A stretch of 39,640 nucleotides of DNA from NCBI GenBank assembly GCA_039591655.1, contig JBDHDE010000022.1:1-39640 (forward strand). The letters are read 5' to 3'. The stretch's first letter is position 1. Every line of letters starts with the position of its first letter. This document shows positions 28,511-37,434 of the stretch, piece after piece. This DNA is from Gemmatimonadota bacterium. Its GTDB lineage: Bacteria > Gemmatimonadota > Gemmatimonadetes > Gemmatimonadales > GWC2-71-9. The translations under genes were made by a program, and so were the position numbers. Below the pieces are notes generated by a model that was not told where the DNA came from, searched no databases, and worked only from the letters and a program-made list of their open reading frames with translations.

Positions 28511-29833
28511 ATGAGCGACGGAACGACGACCCGAGATCCCGCAGGTACCGCCCAAGACATCCTGGGACGCGACAAGGACCCGCACCTCGACGAGGACAAT
28601 CCGTTCGAGGCGATGATGGCGCGGTTCGACTACGCCGCCGAGCTGGTGGACCTCGATCCCGGGATCTACCGGATGCTGCGACATCCCGAGAAGCAGATCA
28701 TCGCCGCCGTGCCGATTCAGCGAGACAACGGAGAGGTGGAGGTGTTCACGGGCTACCGGGTGATCCACAACACGGCCAGGGGCCCGGGCAAGGGTGGGAT
28801 CCGCTTCGATCTCCGGGTCACACTGGACGAAGTCAACGCGTTGGCGGCCTGGATGACCTGGAAGTGTGCCGTGGTGAACATCCCCTTCGGTGGTGCAAAG
28901 GGAGGCGTGGTCTGCGACCCCACCACGCTCTCCATCAGCGAGCTCGAGCGCATCACGCGGCGCTTTACGTCGGCCATCCTGGAACACCTGGGACCCGAGT
29001 CGGACATACCGGCGCCGGACGTGAACACCAACGAGCGGGTGATGGCCTGGATCATGGACACGTTCTCCATGCACCAGCGTCATCCCGTGACCGCGGTGGT
29101 GACAGGCAAGCCGGTGGAGATGGGCGGCTCCCTGGGCCGGCGCGAGGCGACGGGGCGGGGCTGCATGATCGCCACGAAGCAGGCACTCAGGCACCTGGGT
29201 CTGCCGCTGCGAGGCACCAAGCTGGCCGTCCAGGGGTTCGGCAACGTCGGGTCGATCGCCGCACAGCTGCTGGAGCAGGAAGGGCTCACCGTCGTCGCTG
29301 TGAGCGACCTCTCCGGCGCGATCTACAACCCCAACGGGATTCTCATCGAGAACGCGATCGACTGGGTGCGGGATCACAAGTACCTCAGCGGCTACCCCAA
29401 CGCCGAAGCCATACCGCCGGAGCAGCTGTTCAGTCTCGACGTCGATGTGCTCCTGCCGGCGGCCGTCGAGAACGCCATCACCCGCAAGAACGCTCACGAG
29501 ATCAAGGCCAAGATCATCTGCGAAGGCGCCAACGGCCCCACCACCGCGGGCGCCGACCGGATCCTCGAGGAGCAGGGCGTCTTCGTCATTCCCGACATCC
29601 TCGCCAACGCGGGCGGCGTGACGGTGAGTTACTTCGAGTGGGTGCAGGACCGCATGGGGTACTTTTGGAACGAGCCCATGGTCGTCGAGCGGCTCGAGTC
29701 CATCATGCAGCAGGGATTTCAGGACGTACTGAGCGTCGCCCAGCGCCACTCGGTGAACATGCGCGTCGCCTCCTACATGCTGGCCATCCAGCGAGTCGCC
29801 GCGGTGCACCGGTTGCGCGGGCTGTATGCCTAA
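28511..29833 (+). CDS. gdhA: Glutamate dehydrogenase (Glu/Leu/Phe/Val dehydrogenase family)
   Basis: [41 protein letters not shown] and [14 protein letters not shown] motifs. Confidence 0.93.
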   Translation: MSDGTTTRDPAGTAQDILGRDKDPHLDEDNPFEAMMARFDYAAELVDLDPGIYRMLRHPEKQIIAAVPIQRDNGEVEVFTGYRVIHNTARGPGKGGIRFDLRVTLDEVNALAAWMTWKCAVVNIPFGGAKGGVVCDPTTLSISELERITRRFTSAILEHLGPESDIPAPDVNTNERVMAWIMDTFSMHQRHPVTAVVTGKPVEMGGSLGRREATGRGCMIATKQALRHLGLPLRGTKLAVQGFGNVGSIAAQLLEQEGLTVVAVSDLSGAIYNPNGILIENAIDWVRDHKYLSGYPNAEAIPPEQLFSLDVDVLLPAAVENAITRKNAHEIKAKIICEGANGPTTAGADRILEEQGVFVIPDILANAGGVTVSYFEWVQDRMGYFWNEPMVVERLESIMQQGFQDVLSVAQRHSVNMRVASYMLAIQRVAAVHRLRGLYA

Positions 29834-30309
29834 TGGTCCTCTACCTGGTCGCGGTGGGGCGCCTGCGGGATGCGGCCCTGCGAGACACGTGTGACGGCTA
29901 CGCCGCGCGGCTCCGCCGGTACACCCGGTTCGAAGTCAGGGAAGTCCGAGAGGCAGGCCGCCGGGCGCGCGACCCCGACACCGTGCGGCGGCTCGAGGGT
30001 GAAGCCCTCCTCGAGGCCGTACCGAAGGGGGCGCGCGGGTTCGCCCTGACCCGTGACGGCAGAGCCATCACGAGCGAGGACCTCGCCCAGTCGCTGGCCT
30101 CCTGGCAAGAACAGGCCCGGGACGTGGCGCTGATCATCGGCGGTGCGCACGGGCTCCACCCGTGCGTACTGGAGCGTGCCGAGGGAACCATCAGCCTCTC
30201 GCCCCTCACCCTACCACACGAACTGGCCCGCGTCGTCCTCACCGAGCAGGTCTATCGTGCCTTCACCATCCTGCGGGGTGAACCGTATCACAAGGGAACC
30301 GGCGCGTGA
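29833..30309 (+). CDS. rlmH: 23S rRNA pseudouridine-1915 N3-methyltransferase
   Basis: LVAVGRL, IIGGAHGL and SLSPLTLPHELARVVLTEQVYRAFTILRGEPYH motifs; ATG at 29833 (TAATG overlap). Confidence 0.95.
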   Translation: MVLYLVAVGRLRDAALRDTCDGYAARLRRYTRFEVREVREAGRRARDPDTVRRLEGEALLEAVPKGARGFALTRDGRAITSEDLAQSLASWQEQARDVALIIGGAHGLHPCVLERAEGTISLSPLTLPHELARVVLTEQVYRAFTILRGEPYHKGTGA

Positions 30310-31028
30310 CCGAGTGGTTCGAGCAGTGGTTCGGCGAGGAGTACCTGCAGCTCTATCCGCACAGGGACGATGAGGACGCCCGGCAGTTGGCTGCCCTGCT
30401 CGCGCGCTACGCCCCCTACGAGGGGCGACGCGTGCTGGACCTGGCTTGCGGCTCGGGGCGACACGCAGCGCGGTTCGCCGAACGCGGTGCCCGGGTCGTG
30501 GGGTTCGATCTCTCAATGCCACTCCTGGTCCGCGCGCGGCACCGCCGCGGACCGGCCATGGCCCTGGTCCGGGGGGACAAGCGGAGGTTGCCGTTCCGGG
30601 ACAGATCGTTCGACCTCGTGGTGAACCTGTTCACGAGCTTCGGCTACTTCGCGGACGACGCGGAGCACCGAGCGGTGCTCGAGGGCGCGGCCGCAGCGCT
30701 GAGCGCAGGGGGCACGTTCGTGCTCGACTACCTCCATGCCGACGCGGTCCGCACCAATCTGGTGCCCCACGAGGAGCGCGAAGTGGGGGAGCAGCGTATC
30801 GCCGTCGAGCGGCGGATTTCCGACGACGATCGCTTCGTGATCAAGGAGATCCACCTGGTGAATGACGGGCGGAGCTTCGTGGAGCGGGTGAGGCTGTTCT
30901 CGCCACAGGAGCTGGAGGCCATGCTCACCGACGCGGGGCTCACTGTGCGGGAGCGCCTGGGAGACTACCGGGGCGGTCCCCTGGGGACCGACGCACCCCG
31001 GGCCATCCTGATCGCGGACCGGCCATGA
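30306..31028 (+). CDS. Class I SAM-dependent methyltransferase
   Basis: EWFEQWF...YPHRD, VLDLACGSGRH and FDLVVNLFTSFGYF motifs. Confidence 0.9.
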   Translation: MTEWFEQWFGEEYLQLYPHRDDEDARQLAALLARYAPYEGRRVLDLACGSGRHAARFAERGARVVGFDLSMPLLVRARHRRGPAMALVRGDKRRLPFRDRSFDLVVNLFTSFGYFADDAEHRAVLEGAAAALSAGGTFVLDYLHADAVRTNLVPHEEREVGEQRIAVERRISDDDRFVIKEIHLVNDGRSFVERVRLFSPQELEAMLTDAGLTVRERLGDYRGGPLGTDAPRAILIADRP

Positions 31029-32566
31029 CGCTCCGCTTCGAGACGACTCCCATCGCGCCAGCGGTACGGCTCGACGTGAGCCGGCGACTGCGAACGGCCG
31101 ACCGGCGCCCCGATCCCGCACTGCGGGAGGCGTTCGTTGCCCATGGACCAGCCGGGGCCAACCTCGAGCGACTGTTCACCGAGGGCGCGCTCTGCATCAC
31201 TACAGGCCAGCAGCCCGGGCTCCTCACCGGCCCGCTGTTCACCATCTACAAAGCACTCAGCGCGATCACACTGGCCAGCGCGTTGGAGGCGGCGCTGGAG
31301 CGAACCGTGGTGCCGGTCTTCTGGGTGGCCGGTGACGACCACGACTTCCAGGAGGCAAACCACTTCAACCTGCTCACGATGGACCATGAGATCGAGCAGG
31401 TGCTGCTGCGGAGCCGCGCGCCGGAAGCGCCTTCGCTCCCCCTCTACCGGGAGCCGCTGGGCGCGGAGATCGCCGAGGTGCTCGAGACCGTCGGCCGCGC
31501 CACGCCCGAAACGGAATTCCGTCAGGACGTCTTCGACTGGCTGAACCGGCACTACCGCCCGGAGCAGGATCTCGCCTCGGCCTTCGCGGATGCATTGGCC
31601 GAGCTGCTGGGCCCACGCGGACTCGTCGTGCTCCGCACCACCCACCCCGCGGCCAAGGGAGCGATGGCACCCCACCTGCTGCGGCTGCTCGAGGGGGCCG
31701 GCGCCATGGACCGGTCTCTCTCCGCCCGGGCCGCAGCCCTCGCGGAGGCGGGGCAGGCGGTCCCCGTGACGGTCGGGGACGGCACGACGCCCGTGCTGCT
31801 CGAGGACGAAGCCGGCAGGGACCGGTTGGTGGTGGACGGCTCGGGATTCCGGACGCGCCGCGCCAAGCGGGCGTGGAGTCTGGCGGACGTGCGGAGCCTG
31901 GCCGAGACCGAGCCGGAGCGGCTCTCGCCCAACGTTCTTTCCCGACCCGCCATCGAGGCGGCGTTGCTGCCGACGTTGGCATACGTGGCGGGACCCGCGG
32001 AGCTCCAGTACCTGCCGCAGGCCGACCCCATCTACGAGGCCCTGGAGATCGTTCCCCAACGGCCCGTGGCCCGGTGGTCGGCCCGCTTCATCGAGGCACG
32101 GGTAGCCAAGGTGCTCGACCGGTACGGCATCGGCGCCGAGGAGTTGGCGGGTCCGGAGGGCCGGCTCGAGGCCTCCCTGGTACGAAACGAGATGCCCGAC
32201 GAGGCGCGGACCGCCCTCGACGCCCTGCGTGGATCCCTGGCCCAGGAGTACGAGCGGCTGGAGCAGGCGGCGATAGCGGTGGACCCAACGCTGGGGAAGG
32301 CGGCGCAGTCGGCGCGGAACAGCGCCCTGGCCGGGGTGGGCGGGCTGGAGAAGCGGCTCGTGGCCCACCTCAAGAAGAAGAACGAGATCGTCGTGCAGCA
32401 GATCGCCAAGGCGCGACGCAGCCTGTTCCCCCGCGGGAAGCCGCAGGAGCGGGTGTACAACACGGTGCCGTACCTGGTGCGCTACGGACCGGCCTTCCTG
32501 GACGGGGCCCTCGAGGCGTGCCGCTCGGCGGCTCCCGAGCTTGAATCCCCACCACACGACCGGTAG
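31025..32566 (+). CDS. bshC: Bacillithiol biosynthesis cysteine-adding enzyme BshC
   Basis: TTGQQPGLLTGPLFTIYKA, VPVFWVAGDDHDFQE, SPNVLSRP, YVAGPAELQY and PQER motifs. Confidence 0.92.
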   Translation: MTLRFETTPIAPAVRLDVSRRLRTADRRPDPALREAFVAHGPAGANLERLFTEGALCITTGQQPGLLTGPLFTIYKALSAITLASALEAALERTVVPVFWVAGDDHDFQEANHFNLLTMDHEIEQVLLRSRAPEAPSLPLYREPLGAEIAEVLETVGRATPETEFRQDVFDWLNRHYRPEQDLASAFADALAELLGPRGLVVLRTTHPAAKGAMAPHLLRLLEGAGAMDRSLSARAAALAEAGQAVPVTVGDGTTPVLLEDEAGRDRLVVDGSGFRTRRAKRAWSLADVRSLAETEPERLSPNVLSRPAIEAALLPTLAYVAGPAELQYLPQADPIYEALEIVPQRPVARWSARFIEARVAKVLDRYGIGAEELAGPEGRLEASLVRNEMPDEARTALDALRGSLAQEYERLEQAAIAVDPTLGKAAQSARNSALAGVGGLEKRLVAHLKKKNEIVVQQIAKARRSLFPRGKPQERVYNTVPYLVRYGPAFLDGALEACRSAAPELESPPHDR

Positions 32567-32575
32567 AATCGCCTC

Positions 32576-32872
32576 ATGATATGGCCGCTCGGGCTCGCCG
32601 TTCTGCTGCTAGCGCTGTTGATCCCGATCCTCGTGTTCGCGTTCGACGTCCCACGGCTGCGGGAGCGAGCCCGGGAGGCCGACCGCCTCAGCCCGGAGCG
32701 GGATCGCCTCTTGGAGGATCTCACCAAGCGCCTCGTAACGCTGGAGGACGAGGTGGACGACCTGTCCCGCTCCCTCGAGGGTCTCCGGGACGAGACGCAG
32801 TTCCTCCAGCGGCTGCTCGAGGACCCGGAGCGTCGCGAGCCGCCCAACCGGCTCGCCCCGCCCACTCCATAG
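32576..32872 (+). CDS. Small hypothetical membrane-anchored coiled-coil protein
   Basis: N-terminal transmembrane helix, then heptad-like LEDEVDDLSRSLEGLRDETQFLQRLLE; fills the gap between bshC and murJ. Confidence 0.7.
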   Translation: MIWPLGLAVLLLALLIPILVFAFDVPRLRERAREADRLSPERDRLLEDLTKRLVTLEDEVDDLSRSLEGLRDETQFLQRLLEDPERREPPNRLAPPTP

Positions 32873-32876
32873 CCGC

Positions 32877-34421
32877 GTGCCCCCGTCGCAGGGCCGTCTC
32901 GCGGCCCGGGTCGGCACCGGGATCCTGCTCAGCCGCATTCTCGGGTTCGTCCGGGAGCGCGTCTTCGCCCACTACTTCGGCGACGGCGTGCCCGCGGACG
33001 CGTTCCGGGCCGCGCTGCGCATCCCCAACGTCATCCGCAACCTACTGGGAGAGGGAACGCTCTCCGCGTCGCTGATTCCGGTATACGCCGGGATGATCGA
33101 GCGGGGCGAGACCGAGGCCGCGCGGCGCCTCACCAGCGTGATCGCGTCGATCCTGGTGCTGCTCACCGCGGTGCTGGCCCTGATCGGCGTCCTCCTGGCC
33201 CCAATCATCACGGACTTCGTCGCCCCGGGATTCGACGGGGACCGCCGCACCCTCACCATCACGCTGGTCAGGATCATGTTCCCCATGTCGGGCATCCTGA
33301 TCCTGTCGGCGTGGTGCCTCGGTATCCTCAACACGCATCGTCGTTTCTTCCTCTCCTACGCGGCACCATCGCTGTGGAACATCGCACAGATCGCCACCCT
33401 CGTGACCCTCGGCGGGATCCTGGCGGAGATGGACCTGGTCGTGGCTTTGGCGTGGGGAGCGGTGCTGGGCAGTGTGCTGCAGCTGGCGCTGCAGCTGCCT
33501 GCCACGCTGCGCCTCGTCGGCGGCGTCCGCTGGAGCCTGGATCGGAGCGCGAGCGGGGTGCGCCAGGTCGTCCGCCGCTGGATCCCCGTGGTCGTGGGTG
33601 CCGGCGCCTATCAGATCTCGAGCATCGTCGACACCCAACTGGCGTCGCTGCTGCAGCAGGGGGCCGTCGCCATCCTGGGGTACGCCCAGCTCGTGGCGAT
33701 CCTTCCGGTCTCACTGTTCGGCGTGAGCGTGTCCGCCGTCGCGCTGCCGGAGCTCTCGCGGGACGTGGCCGGCGACGACACCAACCTGCTGCGCACCCGA
33801 CTCGGCACCGGCATACAGCGGATCGCCTACTACGTCCTCCCGGCCGCCGTCGCCATGGCTGCGCTGGCGCCGCAGATCATCGGCGCGCTGTTTCAGACCG
33901 GCGCCTTCGGCGCGGCGCAGACCCTGGTGGCGGCCGGGGTGCTCGCCGCCTACGCCATCGGCGTGCCGGCGCAGGCCTCCGTCAAGCTCCTGGCGTCGGG
34001 TCACTACGCCATGGGAGACACAAAGACGCCCGTGCGCATAGCGGTGCTCTCGGTCGCAGTGTCCGCCGTGAGCGCCTTCCTCCTGATGCAGCGCTTCGGG
34101 CCCGCGGGGATCGCGCTGGGCGCGGCACTGGCCGCCTACGTCAACGTGTCGCTCAACTTCGCGACACTGGTGCGGCGGGTGGGTCCCGTGGTGGATACCG
34201 CGCAGGCGCGCGCGGTAATACTGGGAACGCTAGCCACGCTGCCGGCAGCCTTCGTGGCGACGGCCATCGCGGATACCCTCGCGGCACGACCGGTGTGGCT
34301 CGCCGCCGTGCTCGCCCTCGCGGGGTTCGGCCTGGTGTACGGGATCGTAACCCTGGCGCTGCGCCACCCGGAGGCGGCGGGCCTGTGGCGCACGGTGCGG
34401 CGGCGGTCGAGGACCGGCTGA
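32877..34421 (+). CDS. murJ: Lipid II flippase MurJ
   Basis: SRILGFVRE, AFRAALRIPNVIRNLLGEG, LPVSLFG and GDTKTP motifs; many transmembrane helices. Confidence 0.94.
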   Translation: MPPSQGRLAARVGTGILLSRILGFVRERVFAHYFGDGVPADAFRAALRIPNVIRNLLGEGTLSASLIPVYAGMIERGETEAARRLTSVIASILVLLTAVLALIGVLLAPIITDFVAPGFDGDRRTLTITLVRIMFPMSGILILSAWCLGILNTHRRFFLSYAAPSLWNIAQIATLVTLGGILAEMDLVVALAWGAVLGSVLQLALQLPATLRLVGGVRWSLDRSASGVRQVVRRWIPVVVGAGAYQISSIVDTQLASLLQQGAVAILGYAQLVAILPVSLFGVSVSAVALPELSRDVAGDDTNLLRTRLGTGIQRIAYYVLPAAVAMAALAPQIIGALFQTGAFGAAQTLVAAGVLAAYAIGVPAQASVKLLASGHYAMGDTKTPVRIAVLSVAVSAVSAFLLMQRFGPAGIALGAALAAYVNVSLNFATLVRRVGPVVDTAQARAVILGTLATLPAAFVATAIADTLAARPVWLAAVLALAGFGLVYGIVTLALRHPEAAGLWRTVRRRSRTG

Positions 34422-34440
34422 GCGCGTGTAGCTTTCAGGT

Positions 34441-36255
34441 ATGGTGCAGCCCGCTCCAGAGCACATCCAGCGCAAGATCACCTCGCTCCCCGACAGGCCC
34501 GGCGTCTACCTGTGGAAGGGCGAGGGCGGGGAAGTGCTCTACGTGGGCAAGACCAAGCGCCTGCGTCAGCGCGTGCGGCACTACTTCACCGCCGACGCCT
34601 CGCGCAACCCGAAGCAGCGCATGCTGCTCCGGCTGGTGAGGGACCTCGACACGCTGGTCGTTCCGACCGAGTCAGAGGCGCTGCTCCTCGAGAACAACCT
34701 GATCAAGCAGCACCGCCCGCGCTTCAACGTGATGTGGCGGGACGACAAGAGCTATCCCCGCGTCGCCGTCACGCTGGGTGAGCCGTTCCCCCGTGTGCTC
34801 GTTACCCGGCGACTCGACCTCCCGGGGGCGCGCTTCTTCGGGCCGTACACGGACGTGGGCATGCTGCGTCGCACGCTGCGCATCATCCGCCGGATCTTCA
34901 CCGTGCGCTCGTGCCATTATGCGCTGCCGGACGACACCCCCGACCGGCCCTGTCTGGACTATCACATCAACCGCTGCCTCGCGCCGTGCGTGGGCTATCA
35001 GAGTCGGGAAGCATACCGCTCCATGATCGACGATGTGTTGGCGTTCCTGGAGGGCAAGACGGTGGAGGTCCGGTCGCGGCTCCGGGAACGGATGGAGGAA
35101 GCCTCCCGCCATCTCGACTTCGAACGTGCCGCGGGCATCCGGGATGCATTGCAGTGGCTCGAGCAGTTGGAGCAACCGCAGGCGGTTGAGACAGTCACCG
35201 GACGCGACGCCGACGCCATCGGGTTTGCGCGTGACGGGGACGATGCGGTGGGCGTGATTCTGCGCCTGCGGGGGGGCAAGATCCTCGCCCGGGAGCAGCG
35301 CTTCTTCGAGAACCTGACCGGTGCCGGCGACGACGAGATCCTGGGCATGTTCCTGGTGGGACATTACGTGCGCGCCGAGGAGCGGGCGCGCCGGGTGGTG
35401 CTCCCGTTCCCCCCGGCGGACCTCGAGGCTATAGCCGAGCTCGCAGCGGGGCAGCAGTGGATCGTGCCCCACCGGGGCGCCAACCAGCGACTCGTCGCCC
35501 TCGCAGACCAGAACGCCCAGCACCTCATGGAGAGCTTCAAGATCGAGTCACTGGAGACCGAGGACCGGGTCGAGGATCCGGTATACGCCCTGGGCCGCGA
35601 TCTCGGGCTCACCGCAGTGCCGCGCAGCTTCGTCTGCGTGGACGTCTCGACCAATCAGGGACGGGACACGGTGGGCTCACTCGTCTGGTTCGAGGGTGGC
35701 CGACCCAAGAAGAGCGAGTATCGGCGCTACAAGATCAAGGAGCCCGAGGGGCAGCAGGACGACTTCGCCGCGCTGCATGAGGTGCTCTCCCGGTTCCTCC
35801 GGCGCCGCCTCGACGAAGAGAAGCCCCTGCCCGATCTGATCGTGGTGGACGGCGGCAAGGGTCAGCTCGGCGCGGCGCTGCGGGCACTCGAGGAGCACGG
35901 TCTTCCGGACCTACCCCTGGCCAGCCTCGCCAAGCGAGAAGAGGAGATCTTCATGGTGGGGCGCACGCAGAGCCTCAGGCTGCCCGTCCGCTCGCCGTCG
36001 TTGCGCCTCATGCAGCGGGCCCGGGACGAGGCACACCGGTTCGCCGTCACGTACAGCCGCAAGCGGCGGGCGGCGCGCACTGTGACCTCCGAGCTCCTGA
36101 ACATCCCCGGGGTCGGGGAGCAGCGCCGCCGCAAGCTGCTGCAGGCCTTCGGCTCCCTGGCGGGTGTGCGCCTGGCGACCCCGGAGGAGATTGCAGCACT
36201 GCCCGGATTCTCCCTCAAGCTGGCCGATCGCATTCTCGCGAGCGTCAAACAATGA
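34441..36255 (+). CDS. uvrC: Excinuclease ABC subunit C
   Basis: GIY-YIG motif PGVYLW...YVGK, Cys cluster, UVR domain, PDLIVVDGGKGQL, RDEAHRFA and C-terminal HhH. Confidence 0.96.
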   Translation: MVQPAPEHIQRKITSLPDRPGVYLWKGEGGEVLYVGKTKRLRQRVRHYFTADASRNPKQRMLLRLVRDLDTLVVPTESEALLLENNLIKQHRPRFNVMWRDDKSYPRVAVTLGEPFPRVLVTRRLDLPGARFFGPYTDVGMLRRTLRIIRRIFTVRSCHYALPDDTPDRPCLDYHINRCLAPCVGYQSREAYRSMIDDVLAFLEGKTVEVRSRLRERMEEASRHLDFERAAGIRDALQWLEQLEQPQAVETVTGRDADAIGFARDGDDAVGVILRLRGGKILAREQRFFENLTGAGDDEILGMFLVGHYVRAEERARRVVLPFPPADLEAIAELAAGQQWIVPHRGANQRLVALADQNAQHLMESFKIESLETEDRVEDPVYALGRDLGLTAVPRSFVCVDVSTNQGRDTVGSLVWFEGGRPKKSEYRRYKIKEPEGQQDDFAALHEVLSRFLRRRLDEEKPLPDLIVVDGGKGQLGAALRALEEHGLPDLPLASLAKREEEIFMVGRTQSLRLPVRSPSLRLMQRARDEAHRFAVTYSRKRRAARTVTSELLNIPGVGEQRRRKLLQAFGSLAGVRLATPEEIAALPGFSLKLADRILASVKQ

Positions 36256-37406
36256 GCTATCCCTGGACCCTCACCTGCTCGGGGTGCGACGCCCGGGCGC
36301 CGGCCACAGGGCTGCCCACGGTATGCCCAGCTTGCGGCGCGCCGTGGTTGGTCGAGTACCCGGAGCATCCACCCCGCACCGTGAAGCAGTCGCTGAGTGG
36401 GCGCCCCTGGACCATGTGGCGCTACCGTGAGTGGCTGCCGCTGCTGGACAATGAGGCGCCCGTCACCCTGGGTGAGGGGGGCACACCGTTGCTCGCCGCT
36501 CCACGCCTGGCCCGGGCAATGGGTCTCACCCACCTGTGGGTCAAGGACGAGTCCACGAACCCGTGCGGCTCGTTCAAGGCAAGGGGCCTGTCGGCCGCCG
36601 TGACCCGAGCGCAGCGCGGCGGCGTCGCGGCCCTCACCGTGCCCACCGCGGGGAACGCCGGTGTGGCCCTGAGCGCCTACGGGCAGCGAGCCGCCATTCC
36701 CGTCCACGTGTTCGCGCCCCGCGGCACACCACCTCGCATCCTGGAGCAGATCGAGCTGTTCGGAGCCGAGCTCCGGCTGCTGGACGGCCACATCGGCGAC
36801 TGCGGGAAGGCGGCGCGGACGTTCGCCGATGAGCGCGGCGGCTTCGACGTCTCGACACTGCGGGAGCCCTACCGCATCGAGGGCAAGAAGACGTTGGGAC
36901 TCGAGGTGGCCGAGCAATTGGACTGGCGGCTACCCGACGCCGTCGTCTATCCCACCGGAGGCGGCACCGGGCTCATCGGCATGTGGCTGGCGTTCAGGGC
37001 CCTGCTCGAGGCTGGCTGGGCGACGGGCAGCCTGCCACGGCTCTACTCCGTACAGTCCTCGGGGTGCGCCCCGGTGGTGAGGGCCTTCGAGGCGGGGAGC
37101 GAGCGCACCGAGCCGTGGGACGATCCCCAAACGGTGGCATTCGGTCTCAGAGTGCCGGCCCCCCTGGGGGGGGCGATCATTCTGCGAGCCCTGCGGGAGA
37201 GCGCGGGTGAGGCGGTCGCCGTCTCCGACGAGGCCCTGAGCCGCGGCGCCACTCAGATGGCGACCCTCGAGGGCATCGATGCCTGCCCGGAAGGCGGCGC
37301 CACCCTCGCAGCAGTGGAGGCTCTGGTGGCCCGGGGCAGCATCGGGCGGGAGGAGCGGGTGGTGCTGTTCAACACCGGGGCGGGGTGGCTATATCGGGCC
37401 GGATGA
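36252..37406 (+). CDS. thrC: Threonine synthase-like PLP enzyme (fold type II)
   Basis: N-terminal CxxC...CxxC; TLGEGGTPL, NPCGSFKARG, PYRIEGKKT and PTGGGTG motifs. The family is clear; the exact substrate is not. Confidence 0.75.
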   Translation: MSYPWTLTCSGCDARAPATGLPTVCPACGAPWLVEYPEHPPRTVKQSLSGRPWTMWRYREWLPLLDNEAPVTLGEGGTPLLAAPRLARAMGLTHLWVKDESTNPCGSFKARGLSAAVTRAQRGGVAALTVPTAGNAGVALSAYGQRAAIPVHVFAPRGTPPRILEQIELFGAELRLLDGHIGDCGKAARTFADERGGFDVSTLREPYRIEGKKTLGLEVAEQLDWRLPDAVVYPTGGGTGLIGMWLAFRALLEAGWATGSLPRLYSVQSSGCAPVVRAFEAGSERTEPWDDPQTVAFGLRVPAPLGGAIILRALRESAGEAVAVSDEALSRGATQMATLEGIDACPEGGATLAAVEALVARGSIGREERVVLFNTGAGWLYRAG

Positions 37407-37434
37407 GGGACATTTACGGTTTGTAGCCAGACCG

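Noticed and set aside
28451..32557. Long antisense ORFs (e.g. 28451-29809 and 30965-32557; also 19548-21221 and 13767-15017)
   Set aside because: These are shadow frames of high-GC genes with no recognisable motifs.
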